This document shows, piece after piece, positions 38,041 to 50,800 of a DNA stretch of 64,000 nt. Position numbers and translations under genes: made by a program. The stretch covers positions 3,487 to 67,486 of the forward strand of contig NMRA01000942.1 of the NCBI GenBank assembly GCA_002633005.1. Reading direction: 5' to 3'. Numbering within the stretch: position 1 is the stretch's first letter; every line of letters starts with the position of its first letter. The stretch comes from Phoronis australis (lineage: Eukaryota; Animalia; Phoronida). The notes beneath the pieces were generated by a model. That model searched no databases, was not told the DNA's origin, and saw nothing but the letters and a program-made list of their open reading frames with translations.

Positions 38041-39334
38041 CACTCTATCAGTGAACATGATTAGCTCTTTTCGACATATCATGAGTAACCTAAAAAGCAA
38101 TTCTTGTCACTGATATTGGAGGCAGTCATAGGAGTAGACTCGTTGCACGGTGGTCCTCGTAGTCAGGGAGAGATAATTACCGACTCGATCAGGGAAGGTG
38201 ACACCTTTCACTGTTGTGACTCGACTATCTCGCTCATCAATAAGTGGGTTAAATTTGATTTCATCGTGTGAAGAGAAAATGTGAAAAAGAAAACTTCGTC
38301 TTTGTGCAGCCTTGTTTTAGGTCGGGGTTCGCATCTCAAAGGGTAAACTAGTTCAAAAACTTTAAATTAGTCACCACTAAGTAATATGTAGCGTGGCATA
38401 ATGTTTACCTCCTTTCTGTTATCGAACTAAAAAGCCTTTTTGAGCACAATTTTGAACCTCGGCCGAGAACACAAAATCATGGAATACTCTTGTGTTTCCG
38501 TGACCAGTGCTCTTGTGCATCGGATTAGGAACAAATCTGAGTGAATGACGGTCATGTCCTTGAAAGCGTATTGATACCACCGTGAGCGTCAATGCATTTT
38601 CGTTTGGTTATTTCAAATTTGATTATTTATTGTCCAAATTTTATCTGTTCTTCGCATAAGACGCATGAGATTCACTGCAACTTTGTGAATACGTCGCCTC
38701 CCTCGCAGCCAACACTCGGCTACCGAAACCAGCCATGACTGAACGCGAGGAACGTCAAATTTCTGCAACAGTACCCGTTCGGGTAATAACTGAGAGGAAT
38801 AATCTTCCTAGATCGATGCAAAGTAACAGCCTGAGCAATCGTCGTGTGACTACCCGCACGTGTGAGCGCATATCCCCGTACTTGGCAGTAAACAGGCCCC
38901 GACCTTACAGGCCGTTAAATACGTAATTTTGAAAATAGAAAAAATATACAAATGGCAATGTTTCAACAAAGAAAAACAAGTTTTGTTTCAAAACAGTGAG
39001 TGTGCTTGATTTTTGCTGCCTGGACACGACAACCGGCGTAGTAATTCCCCGGCAGTTGCCGTGTCACTTCTCCGGACATGCTAAATTGACTTTGGCTTTC
39101 AGGTTTTACGCAAAATGTACCTTAATACGTGACCAAAATTTACAATCTCTACCTCCGTTGTCGAAATGTAGAAGCAGTGATTGAAAACGCTTACTGGTTG
39201 AGGGCTGTAGTATGCTGTAGTCTATGAGCTGAATCTTGCCGATGGGAAAATATTTCAGTGTTAGGAACGCGACGCGGCATGTTTTAAGCTCTTTCTAACA
39301 TAAATTTTACCAATTCAAGGCCCGCGGAGCTAAT

Positions 39335-41180
39335 TAAACAACAATGCCACCCTATTTAATTAATCTTTTTTATTGTGTTGATCGGTCTATGTTCACAATA
39401 CCCCGTGTAGACCTAATTCACACAGCGGACATTAAAATCCAAAGCGAGGCTCACTGCGATAAACAAAGCGGAAGTTGACATTGTGCCAGTCAAATGGCCG
39501 GTCTTTCGAGTCCAACCTGGATATTAAATCTTAAAAGTGTGTCGATAATTAACCACAGAGACGTAGAAAATACGCTAGAGAACACTTCAATCCACCAAAT
39601 AGTTGTCTGACGAAAGGGTATAATTTTTTTTTCGGAAAACTAGGTTCGAAACATGAAAAGTAAATATGACCAAATTGTGGCGATCGTGGTGTTACGGATT
39701 AGGTCATACTGAATGCAGGGTTACGCTTATTCTTGTAAATTGTAGATAGAACGCTTCCTACACGAACCAGGTATTGTTGACAAGTTGAAGATATATTCGA
39801 CAGTGGTGGCTCGTCGCATTTTGTTGTCATGTGCAATTAGTCACATCTGGTTTAATTTGTTGATCAAGAATATCAACATCAAGCATAGCCTAGGTCCTGG
39901 GATTATCGGGACTAACAGTTGATTTGTCATTGATCTGAAAGAATAATTGATGCTGTTAAATATATTTTTATTCAAATAAAAAACAGGCTTCTAATTGAAA
40001 ATAATAATATTTGACCACGAATTCTGGTTTTTTGGTTTCAATAATTCATACGTCTATTTCATGTGTTAGGTTTCAAGTATCAATCATGGACCAAGTAGAA
40101 TTTTAAAATTAATTCGTTCGTCCAAATCATAACTTCGTTTTGAGCTCAATTTCAGTTTACTGGACAGAAAAAAGCATAGTTATCAAGTTTCTTCAGGGGC
40201 CTCATTCATCTGAGCGGAAATGTGCCTGTGTCTTCTGAGGAGAATTTTTCGCCGAATGAGGAGAAAAATCTACCTCCCGATCACCATCAATAGCACCGCG
40301 CCCTAGTGCAAGCTCTTATAGGCTCTGTCTCAAGTAGCATTTTGTGCTCTTTCAAATTGTCACCTGTGTGGTTACAGGTGACAGAAATTTTCAATAACTA
40401 GGACCGGGAATTTTTTCTGGCCTCGTGGGGGAATATCGCGTTATTTTTCAATATTTTGAAAAGGGAATGGGGTCGATATTCGGCCCCAAAATCGAGGGAT
40501 TGAGGGCCCTGTCTTTTATGGAAAGAAAGATGCATTACATTTCAACCCGTAGTCGTGAAAACACAGCCTGGCTGGCCGAAGATTGTCCGGTCGTTGTTCT
40601 GATGCTCGACAACCGAGATGCCACAAAATATGATCTAACTTGTCGATAACATTTATAAATTTCACGCGGTCATATTTTCTTTCGTCGCGGCGAATGGCTA
40701 CGACCCAACGCTTCCCAATCCCAACGTCCTTAGGGATTGTAAAACAGACAGTTGAGTGTCCGTATTTTTTCTAGCCAATCGTGCAACACGGAATACAACT
40801 GTTACAATAAGCCAACAAAGCTCTCGTAGCAAGCCTCGTTTTGGTACTCGCCTCCTGTCGGCGTGAATTAGGTCTATACGGTTTTAGCTCGTTGAGAGGT
40901 GTCGCGTTAACTAAACCTGTTAGGAAGGTGAGAAGCGACGCACCGACGTCAGTGGTTCTTCTGCAGAGTGAGTGCTGCTACAGTGTGGTGTATCGTTCCC
41001 GATTGTGCAAACTATTTTTGATTTCCTCGAGAGCGAATAATGCATCGGAAGTGGCTCGCGGTAGTGCAGGATGAAAAGTACAAGTATGAGGTCGTGAAGC
41101 TTCTCCGTGTCTTTCAGTGACCGCATTTCACCGACAGTGATTTCACTGACGATCGAAAGCCGGCTTACCAAACAGCTCAC
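39335..41180 (+). mobile_element. Older truncated Kolobok-like copy split by a nested insertion
   Basis: The 5' end (aatgccaccctatttaattaatc) at ~39340-39407 resumes at 40877 (gagaggtgtcgcgttaac...ggaaggtgagaagcgacg). Confidence 0.7.
39410..40874. mobile_element. TIR element (~1.47 kb) with TA target-site duplication, nested in the Kolobok-like copy
   Basis: TA|GACCTAATTCAC ... GTGAATTAGGTC|TA, plus a subterminal inverted match caaagcgaggc / gcctcgttttg. Confidence 0.75.
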
Positions 41181-41336
41181 CCAGGCGGAAAAAAGAGACA
41201 GGCTGATGTCATATGTTGTGCCTAGTGAGTTTGCGTTTGACAGGCAGGAGACAAAGAAACCCGGATCGGTTGTTGATTAGTTTCTGATTATGGAGAACTG
41301 TAGTAGGCCATGGCGTGAGAACATATAACGTTTTAA

Positions 41337-41450
41337 AGGAGAATGCCACCCGATTTAATTAGTCTTTTTACCGTCTTAATTGGTCTATATCCACATCGCC
41401 TCTGATATGGTCGACCTCACCTTGCCGAGAGGTGTCGCGTTGACCTATGA
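41337..41450 (+). mobile_element. 5' end fragment of the Kolobok-like family
   Basis: ttaa|aggagaatgccacccgatttaattagtc, near-identical to 2717 onward. Confidence 0.75.
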
Positions 41451-41719
41451 GTCCAGGGTGCATATTCAGAAAATTGATTTAGAGATCAAAAGCCAAATCA
41501 AAATAAAAATCTGGGCTTATATTTCTAAGTCATCAATTTAATATAGCCGACGTGCTACTGGAAAATTCCTGGGACATAATGGGGTATAGTTTCAGTTTTC
41601 AAGCACACAATTTTCCCAAGTAAACGCATTGGACGTATCTGCAGAAAATTTGCCTGGTGTACTCTTACTAGATGTGTTCAAAGACGGGAATTTTATGTTG
41701 AAAACAACTCGCATTCAAC

Positions 41720-42510
41720 TGGGTTCTGGGCCCTAGATCTCAAATACGTTTTCATGAGCTATATTTTTGAAAAACATCTTTCCAAAGATGAGGCCAAAGA
41801 TACACAAATTGATAGAAACAACTTTAAGCTACGAAGCTCCCATTCTAAAATGAACTTAATTACGTCCAGTGGAGTCCCATTCTTGGCATTCTCTTCTTGA
41901 ATTCTAGCCATGTTCAAGTGTCTTCTCAATCTCGGTACTTCGAATGCCAGTTCGGAAGAACAAATTTCGTCATAGAAATCAGCAATTTTTTATCACACTT
42001 GCCTTAGTTCAATCTTCGGCGGTGTTGACCAAATAAGTGGCTAAGATGGTTTCGAACAAATCAACGATTTGCAGCTTTGCTTTCGAATTCAACTGAATTG
42101 CAAATCTGTCCAAGCATTCTAACATTCCCCTTTATTTTGGTCCGTCAACGACAGATCGACATCTGGAAGACTGCACTCTGGTTTTCATGGTTGCCTGTTC
42201 AACGTCATTTTGAACAACATTGTTGGGGAATATTATCAAGGGGTCGATTTTTAACGACTTTGTCAAGTGTTAAGCTTTTGATTTAAATGTACTCTTGGGT
42301 ACCATTGACTTAGCGAAGTACCTCGCCCCAAGAGGTGGATTCCCTGATAGCTATGAGAATACATTAGAAGAACCTTTTGTCATCAGGATCACACAGGATT
42401 TCTAGGGCATCGAGAATCTCAGCATACAGTAATTGTCCATCGCCAGTATGACCAAAGAAAGGAGCGCTCCACCTTGTATTTACAAGTCTTTTTTAACAGT
42501 GGCTGACATA
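41720..42510 (-). mobile_element. hAT transposase fragment (decayed, with stops and frameshifts)
   Basis: Minus-strand translation gives KRLVNTRWSA, FYDEICSSELAFEVPRLRRHL and LKLFLSICVSLASSLERCFSKI*LMKTYLRS (hAT C-terminal dimerisation motif). Confidence 0.8.
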
Positions 42511-42669
42511 CATGTAGTGGTGAAATTGCACCTGTCAGTTTTTACGTATGTAAGATTTTCAGCATTTGGTCTACTTGGGATTCTTCTGTACTGTCAAACA
42601 TCATTCCTTAGTATTTGGCAGTGTTAATTTCGTTCAGCATTTTTCCTTACGTGATTCGCCATAAATTTA

Positions 42670-43460
42670 TTTTGTATCTGAGGAAATGTATGACGCATCT
42701 CCCCTTAAACTGCTCCAACCTCACCAAATACCGAGTTGCAAGAATCTTCTACCCATGCAGGGCATTTTCCCACATCTTCGCGCGCCTCTGATAAGAAAAC
42801 GGAATATGAACAGCAAATGGCAGGTCTATTTTGCAGTAATGGGGAGGTGCAACCAAGACGAAAGAAAAGCGTGGCTATTCAAGACGGCACAGCTACTATG
42901 GGGCAGCGGACATGAGTTAAGTAGTTATCTTCGACAGAGAAGAAACCCAAAAAGCTTGAAAGCATTACGTTAGCTGCGACAACGTCGTCGGAGTTGAATG
43001 TTAAGCAGCAGCTGCGTGTATTGATTAAGGACTACTTGTGTTCAATGTTATCAAGAAGAACAAATAGTGAATGCTAAAAGAAACGACAGCACTACAAACG
43101 TAACATCGCCAACTTTAAAATAGACAACGTCAAGTGTCCAGCAGAATTATGTGCAACAAGTTAACTTTATGAAGACCACGTTGCTGTCTTACAATACAAT
43201 TACACTGATTCCCAGAAGTAAAACTTCTTAAATGGTTTGCGAGTCCAGTGACCATAAACATTTAAGGTGACAGTGGTCATGGGAATTATATTGTAAGTAA
43301 TCCATTCATTCAACTTTATGTGGAGTGTTGTGGCGCTGCACAGATAATTAATCCAGTCATTTCCCTAAAATTGGTGATAATTGACCCATCTGAAATTGTC
43401 TCACAAGTGAATGAAAAATCAACCAGTAAGGGCGAAGGTGTTTGGTCGAATATGCGCGCA
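42670..43460 (-). pseudogene. Remnant of a third paralog: decayed ShKT exon (~42670-42825) plus homologous upstream intron
   Basis: tag|AC CTG CCA TTT GCT GTT CAT ATT = (D)LPFAVHI, then a frameshift, EAREDVGKCPAWVEDSCNS...stop. Flanking 42826-43460 aligns with gene B intron 48608-49280. Confidence 0.8.
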
Positions 43461-46400
43461 CCCAGCGTAAAAAATAGGGGCTCGAATTTTTCTAATGTGG
43501 GCCTTTTACTAAAAAAACGGGATACGTTCAGAGCTAAGAATTGTGCATTCGTCGAACTGTGGCAGTTCCTGCCTTTTTGGCAAATACAAACGAAAATTCA
43601 CTGTACTGTGGCATCTGAAAGGTTACGCCTTTCTGTTTTTATTTCTTGAATTTGGCGACACTAAAAATGAAATTCGTTTATGTACCGTCTTTCTGCAAAT
43701 GTGTAGGTTGAACACAAGCTGTACATTTTTCCTTTCGTGTGTAAAGCTTTGTGCAATAGTCTTTAAAACGGCGTGGGACGCGATAAACAAAATTGCAATG
43801 TCGAAAGTGGTTCTCTGCCACTGAAACAGAATTTAACTCGCCCACCAGGTATTTTTAGAGTTTTTTCATAACGATTTTTAATTTTTGTTGATATCAGAGC
43901 ATTTTATTTTAGTTTCAAGTTCAGAAAATGATCTGTCAAGTGCTCACCACTTCGTCAATTTTTCTCCCACAAGCCAAAGCATGGTTCCTGATTTGGTATG
44001 GCAAGACACACATGTAGCACATTTCTCTTGTTTAGAAAATGTGACCTTTGACATCAAGCGACTTTGAGCAAATGTCTGTGAGTGCATGTGTGCATTTATC
44101 GTAACTGGGATGGAAATTAGAAACTAAGTGGTAACGACAGAGTTTTGCCTTCGCGTGTATTTCAAAAATCCTGATGTGATTTTTTATCGAAAATTCCTTA
44201 AAGGCCTATGGTCCGAGTTATAGAAGAAAAAACCTCTTAACGCCGTTTAAGCCGGTTTTTTGATGTGACATGGAGTTCAAAAAGTTCTTAACTTTCAACT
44301 TGTGCAAAAAGTTTGAAAAAAATCGTTGTAAATACTACAAACGAATGAAATGTTTACAAAGAATTTAGTATCCCGACCGCTAAACAGATTATAAACATTA
44401 CAACAACGCATGCGCAGCCACAGATCTAGAGGTCAACAGAATTTATACAAATGGCGGGTAGAGGTAGGTCTATGAAGTATACGTCCGAAGGCGAAACGCA
44501 GTCGTCCTGCTCTACGAGATTCAGAAAAAGACGTGTTAGCCAGTACAAAAACGGCATTACCAACAAACCTTGTACCCTGTAATCGACTCGTTCGATAGGT
44601 GAGAAACAATGAGGACAAGACTGAATGTTCGAACTCGTGAAGGTTTTACATTACAACAAATGAACAATACCAGGCAGGCTTGGATGGACAAGTATAAGTC
44701 AGTAAGTGTGCTGTTTGTGGAATGTTCAATGACTCGTATACACGTTTAGAGCATTCACTGATGGGTGACTGATCTCAGTCAGCATACATCGGACCCGAAT
44801 CATTTTGAAGAGCCTCAATTCGATTAGCCTTGGTACAAAGCTGTATAATATACAGTCATCATACAGCTAGCTGGCTGGCTACAATTCGATCAGCTGTTCA
44901 GTTTTTGTTCTAATACTACTAGTACTAGTAGTAGTACTGATTCACGCTGACCCGGACTAGTTACACCATGTTAGTGTTTTAACATGTAGTTAAAACTGGT
45001 AAGGCCCTTTCATTCTAACGTCGACATGGCGATGTTTTGGGGAGTTGCAGTCAGTATGGATGGTTAACTACGGTCCTGAATCGAAGTTAACTGTGCCAGT
45101 TGACTTCACAGTAGACAAGCGGAGCGTCGATGCTGTGGTGTACGGTAGTATGAATGATTAACTTCGGTTACATCGAAGAAGTTATTGTCAGGGGCCACTG
45201 CTATCATCGACAATTACAGGGTAATGTCNNNNNNNNNNNNNNNNNNNNNNNNNNNNNNNNNNNNNNNNNNNNNNNNNNNNNNNNNNNNNNNNNNNNNNNN
45301 NNNNNNNNNNNNNNNNNNNNNNNNNNNNNNNNNNNNNNNNNNNNNNNNNNNNNNNNNNNNNNNNNNNNNNNNNNNNNNNNNNNNNNNNNNNNNNNNNNNN
45401 NNNNNNNNNNNNNNNNNNNNNNNNNNNNNNNNNNNNNNNNNNNNNNNNNNNNNNNNNNNNNNNNNNNNNNNNNNNNNNNNNNNNNNNNNNNNNNNNNNNN
45501 NNNNNNNNNNNNNNNNNNNNNNNNNNNNNNNNNNNNNNNNNNNNNNNNNNNNNNNNNNNNNNNNNNNNNNNNNNNNNNNNNNNNNNNNNNNNNNNNNNNN
45601 NNNNNNNNNNNNNNNNNNNNNNNNNNNNNNNNNNNNNNNNNNNNNNNNNNNNNNNNNNNNNNNNNNNNNNNNNNNNNNNNNNNNNNNNNNNNNNNNNNNN
45701 NNNNNNNNNNNNNNNNNNNNNNNNNNNNNNNNNNNNNNNNNNNNNNNNNNNNNNNNNNNNNNNNNNNNNNNNNNNNNNNNNNNNNNNNNNNNNNNNNNNN
45801 NNNNNNNNNNNNNNNNNNNNNNNNNNNNNNNNNNNNNNNNNNNNNNNNNNNNNNNNNNNNNNNNNNNNNNNNNNNNNNNNNNNNNNNNNNNNNNNNNNNN
45901 NNNNNNNNNNNNNNNNNNNNNNNNNNNNNNNNNNNNNNAGAACAAATAGTGAATGCTAAAAGAAACGATAGCACTACAAACGTAACATTGCCAACTTTAA
46001 AATAGACAACGTCAAGTGTCCAGCAGAATTATGTGCAACAAGTTAACTTTATGAAGACCACGTTGCTGTCGTACAATACAATTACACTGATTCCAAGAAG
46101 TAAAACATCTTAAATGGTTTGTGAGTCCAGTGACTATAAACATTTAAGGTGACAGTGATCATGGGAATTATATTGTAAGTAATCCATTCATTCAACTTTA
46201 TGTGGAGTGTTGTGGCGCTGCACAGAAAATTAATCCACTCATTTCCCTAAAATTGGTGATAATTGACCCATCTGAAATTGTCTCACATGTGAATGAAAAA
46301 TCAACCAGTAAGGGCGAAGGTGTTTGGTCGAATATGCGCGCACCCAGCCTAAAAAATAGGGGCTCGAATTTTTCTAATTTGGGCCTTTTACTAAAAAAAA

Positions 46401-47087
46401 CGGGATACGTTCAGAGCTATGAATTGTGCATTCGTCGAACTGTGGCAGTTCCCGCCTTTTTGGCAAATACAAACGAAAATTCACTGTATTGTGGCACCTG
46501 AAAGGTTACGTCTTTCTGTTTTTATTTCTTGAATTTGGCGACACTAAAAACGAAATTCGTTTATGTACCGTCTTTCTGCAAATGTGTCGGTTGAACACAA
46601 GCTGTACATTTTTTCTTTCGTGTGTAAAGCTCTGTGCAATAGTCTTTAAAACGGCGTGGGACGCTATAAACAAAATTGCAATGTCGAAAGTGGTTCTCTG
46701 CCACTGAAACAGAATTTAACTCGCCCACCAGGTATTTTTAGGGTTTGTTCGTAACGATTTTTAATTTCTGTTGATATCAGAGCATTTTATTTTTGTTTCA
46801 AGTTCAGAAAATGATCTGTCAAGTGCTCACCACTTCGTCAATTTTTCTCCCACAAGCCAAAGCATGGTTCCTGATTTGGTATGGCAAGACACACATGTAG
46901 CACATTTCTCTTGTTTAGAAAATGTGACCTTTGACATCAAGCGACTTTGAGCAAATGTCTGTGAGTGCATGTGTGCATTTATCGTTACTGGGAGGGAAAT
47001 TAGAAACTAAGTGGTAACGACATAGTTTTGCCTTCGCGTGAATTTCAAAAATCCCGATGTGATTTTTTATCGAAAATTCATTAAAGG
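43057..47087 (+). other. Duplicated ~1.15 kb block either side of N gap 45229-45938
   Basis: 43057-44203 approximately equals 45939-47087. Confidence 0.8.
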
Positions 47088-47819
47088 GGAAAGATAATCA
47101 CTCTGTACTAGACGTTACGAGCTGGTACTTTCGTTGGGAATTGTTTAAAAGATATTTTTGACGAGCTCTTGCGTTCCATGCCTCTATAATATTTGCTTAT
47201 TCAGTCTCATTACTTTGAACCCAAATTTGGCTAACGTTGAACCATTATGTCAGTTTTGCATGAAAGTCTGTAAAAATATGGCTTTCAAGATGTTTATGCA
47301 TAAAACTAAAACAAAATGATATTTTAGAAAACTGTTACAGCTTTTTTAAAATTTCTCCAAATTATCTGGTGCTATTTCCGGCAAGTACGTCGTCTACTAA
47401 TCATGGTCGGCTGTTGTGTCGTCACAACACACAAATCGGCAACTGAAACAAGATAATTTAGGAGAGTTGCGCCTCCTCTAGGATAATACGCATGAAAATG
47501 CCGTAGTTGCGAATCTGTTGTCTATAATCTCTGATGTGATATAGCCACAGACAAATCACATCGTTAAAACCGAAATTAAATTGGGTGTAAAATACCTTTA
47601 ATAAACCATGCGAAAATTAAAGACCGACTCTGATACAACCTTCATATTAGAAACGTCCTGCAAGAATTTGACTGTTCATACACGCGCATCTGTTGAAACA
47701 AACAAAACGGATATTGCTGTTTAAATGGTGTATTTGATTAAATATCTTTAATTGAACATCTCAATTCTAGTCATGCCAAGCTGGTCCTAGGTCAAGTCAA
47801 CAAGTCAATTCCAGTCACG

Positions 47820-47829
47820 TTAACAAACT
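47820..47829 (-). CDS. Gene B exon 8, coding part (G-V-C-stop)
   Basis: Polypyrimidine acceptor ttctcttctctttcag|A GTT TGT TAA. Confidence 0.82.
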
Positions 47830-50800
47830 CTGAAAGAGAAGAGAATACATCGCATAGTAACAAAAATGTTGAATTCAAAAAATAACAATATACAGTATAT
47901 TAACATAAAGTACTTCGAAACCATTTAAAGTTTTAAATATTTAATGACCTCTGTCCAATTTTTTAATTGATTTGGCAAAAAGATCAATGTTTCCTGTTGT
48001 TCCGATGCCTAAATAATCAAACAATGTTTAATCTTTGACAATTCAAGCGCTTTCCGTTGGGACAAAGTGATACTTCAATGCGCTTTACAGTGGAATAAAA
48101 GCAACCAGATTACTCGATATACGTTTCCAGACCGAAATGATCCGTAGAAAACAACTGGATTATTCAGAACGGTTCAAAGTTGGTTCTTTCCGAGCGACAG
48201 GGGAGTGCACATAATGTCAATTTTCCCTTAAATATTCGGTGGGCGTGAAACCGGTATTAGAACCTCCGTCAAGTATCTCCACTCCAGTTACCACTAGGTA
48301 AGAAAACAGGGCGCTGTTGCATAACTGACTCTGATTTGCAGTTGTCAACACAATGTAAAAGGCATGATTGTAAAGATGATAAATAGCATTAAGGAAATTT
48401 GACCCTTTGCAAAAAAGTTAGGCAATTACTTTAATAAATGATTCATATCTTACCCGCAGGTGTTTGGACACGTCTCCCGGGCGATCTCTCCAAAGAAGTC
48501 CTTGCTGTTGCAGTACACTGCTATCCATGAAGCACAACCATGACTGTCTTCGCAAGCCTCTGTATTGTAGTGAGAAGCAAAGTGAATATGAACAGCCAAG
48601 GGCAGATCTATTTTGCCGTAAGGGGTAGCGGGGTTGCAACCAAGACTAGAGTTAAAGCATGGCTATTCAAAACGGCACAAGGACTATGGGGAAGCGACAT
48701 GGGTTACTAAGCAACAACCTTGGACAGAAAAAAAAAACAAAAAAGTGTTATGGATAACTGTTACATTAACATTAGCAGATGTATTGGTTAGGAACTACTC
48801 GTGGCCAACGTCATCAAGAAGAGCAAATAGTGAATGTTAAAATAAACAATAGCACCACAAATCAAACGTCGACAATTTGAAATTAGACAAATTAGAGTTT
48901 AAAACAGAACAATGTAAAACAAGTTAACTCGATGCAGACGATATTGCGGTCGTGCAATACACGGAAACCAATTCACTGCAGCAAAAATCTCTTAAATGGT
49001 TTTCATGTCACTTTTCATTATTTGTGAGTCCAGTGAATGTACATATTTAACGTGACGCTGATCAGGGAAATTATATTGCAAATAGTCCATGCATTCAACT
49101 TCTAGATTTTAAAAAATCACTGTTACTTATGAAGTGCTGTGGCGCCTTGCTGAAAATGAATGAGAGATATTTCCCCTGTTGGCCGACAATTGACCCATCT
49201 GATTGTGCCTCACTGGACCACGTGAATGACGAATCAGCCAGTAATGGCGAAAACGTTTGGTTGAATATGTGCGGTACGTGGATGAAACAGTTGTGGTTTC
49301 GAAAGATCCCGACAACAGGATAAAGGTGAAAAACAAAGACTCGATTGACGGCACTAAGAGGAAGTCGACTGGTATATGTATATTGTTGAATTTTGGAGAC
49401 GTCTCGCGACAAATCTTCTGTTCGTTTGGGAAGTATATTTTAACCAGGGGCCTGTTCCATGAAACTTACTGAAGTTCATTTTTTACTTAAGTTTAAGATT
49501 TGTCTTAACTTCCACATTCGGTAAGTTAGTCAAAATTAAGAAAAAAATTATGTCAAACACTTAAGTAAACTTAAGATCTCTTTCTTGAATTGGTTTTGAC
49601 ATAAATTTAACTTTTATTTTAAAATTTACTGAAATTTAAGATTTGCCTTAGCTAAGTCAGTTTTGTTGGAACGGCTCCCTGAACTCCATTAAATATTAAA
49701 TATATGTTATATAACGTACATGATGAAAACTGTGAGTTATTATATCGAGATACGTGATATGCAAGCCGATTTCAACGAGGGCGACATGTAAACAGGTGCT
49801 GCCGTTCACCAATCTGGGCTGTGTTGCATAAAACTTTCAAAACTATCAGCTGGATAAGTTTTGATTGTTACATGACATCAGGTGCATTGTTCAACACTAA
49901 CAACGTGACGCGTGATAACGCGACGTCATTGTTGCCATACGGCGTATAACTTTTATGCCACTAGGCCTTGAAGTTTCGAGTTAATGCGCGTCTTAAAACA
50001 GTTCACGTGATATGCATGATAAATATGTTATACAACACAGGTGATGATAACGGTGGGCTGTTATACCTCGATACGTTATTTCACGGCCGTATCATTGTAT
50101 GATAAATATAGATTATTACATGGCGAAGTCGTTATCCCCCGTTATCTATAGCCCGAGTGGATTTTGGAGAATTATCGCCCGAGAGGCGTTAGCCCCGAGG
50201 GTGATAATTCTACAAAATCCACGAGGGCACTGAAAAAGGGAGATAACGACTGAGAACATGTAATAATCTATTTATACCACATACTGAACGAGAAACATTG
50301 CAATGAATCGATCTACCTTTCTCGACTCGCCTCGGCTTTGTAACTACTTTCTATGTCAAAGGCCCGGGGTCGGAGGTCGTGACCTTTTAAAAAAAGCCGA
50401 GCTATTTTTGTCAAATAATGCTTTCACTCAAAACCAATTGAAAAATAAAACACAATAGAAATAAAGTGAATCTATAAATTAAGGTTTCGCAACTATTATA
50501 GCTTACTACACATTTTGTCACGCTAAGCTTCGACCGGGAAAATATCGTCTGCTAAAGTAGGTTACCACTAGTAACTGATTGTAATGCTCAAGTCAAAGGA
50601 TCCCGACGACACGATACCCGCATTCAAATTGGAGATCGGTGATTTACAAGTGAGAGAACACGAGAGAAAAATTTCACTGAATTAAAATATCGTTTTTATG
50701 GAAATTATGCGTCTTATTTTTCATATCGTATAAATATCGGTGCTATGTCCTTTGCTGAACAGGCGATTGTTTTAAGTATTTTATTTTCACGTTCGATGAC

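Noticed and set aside
45154-46005. Long ORFs spanning 45154-46005 and 53781-54928
   Set aside because: They are made of N-gap X residues and (CA)n; not real.
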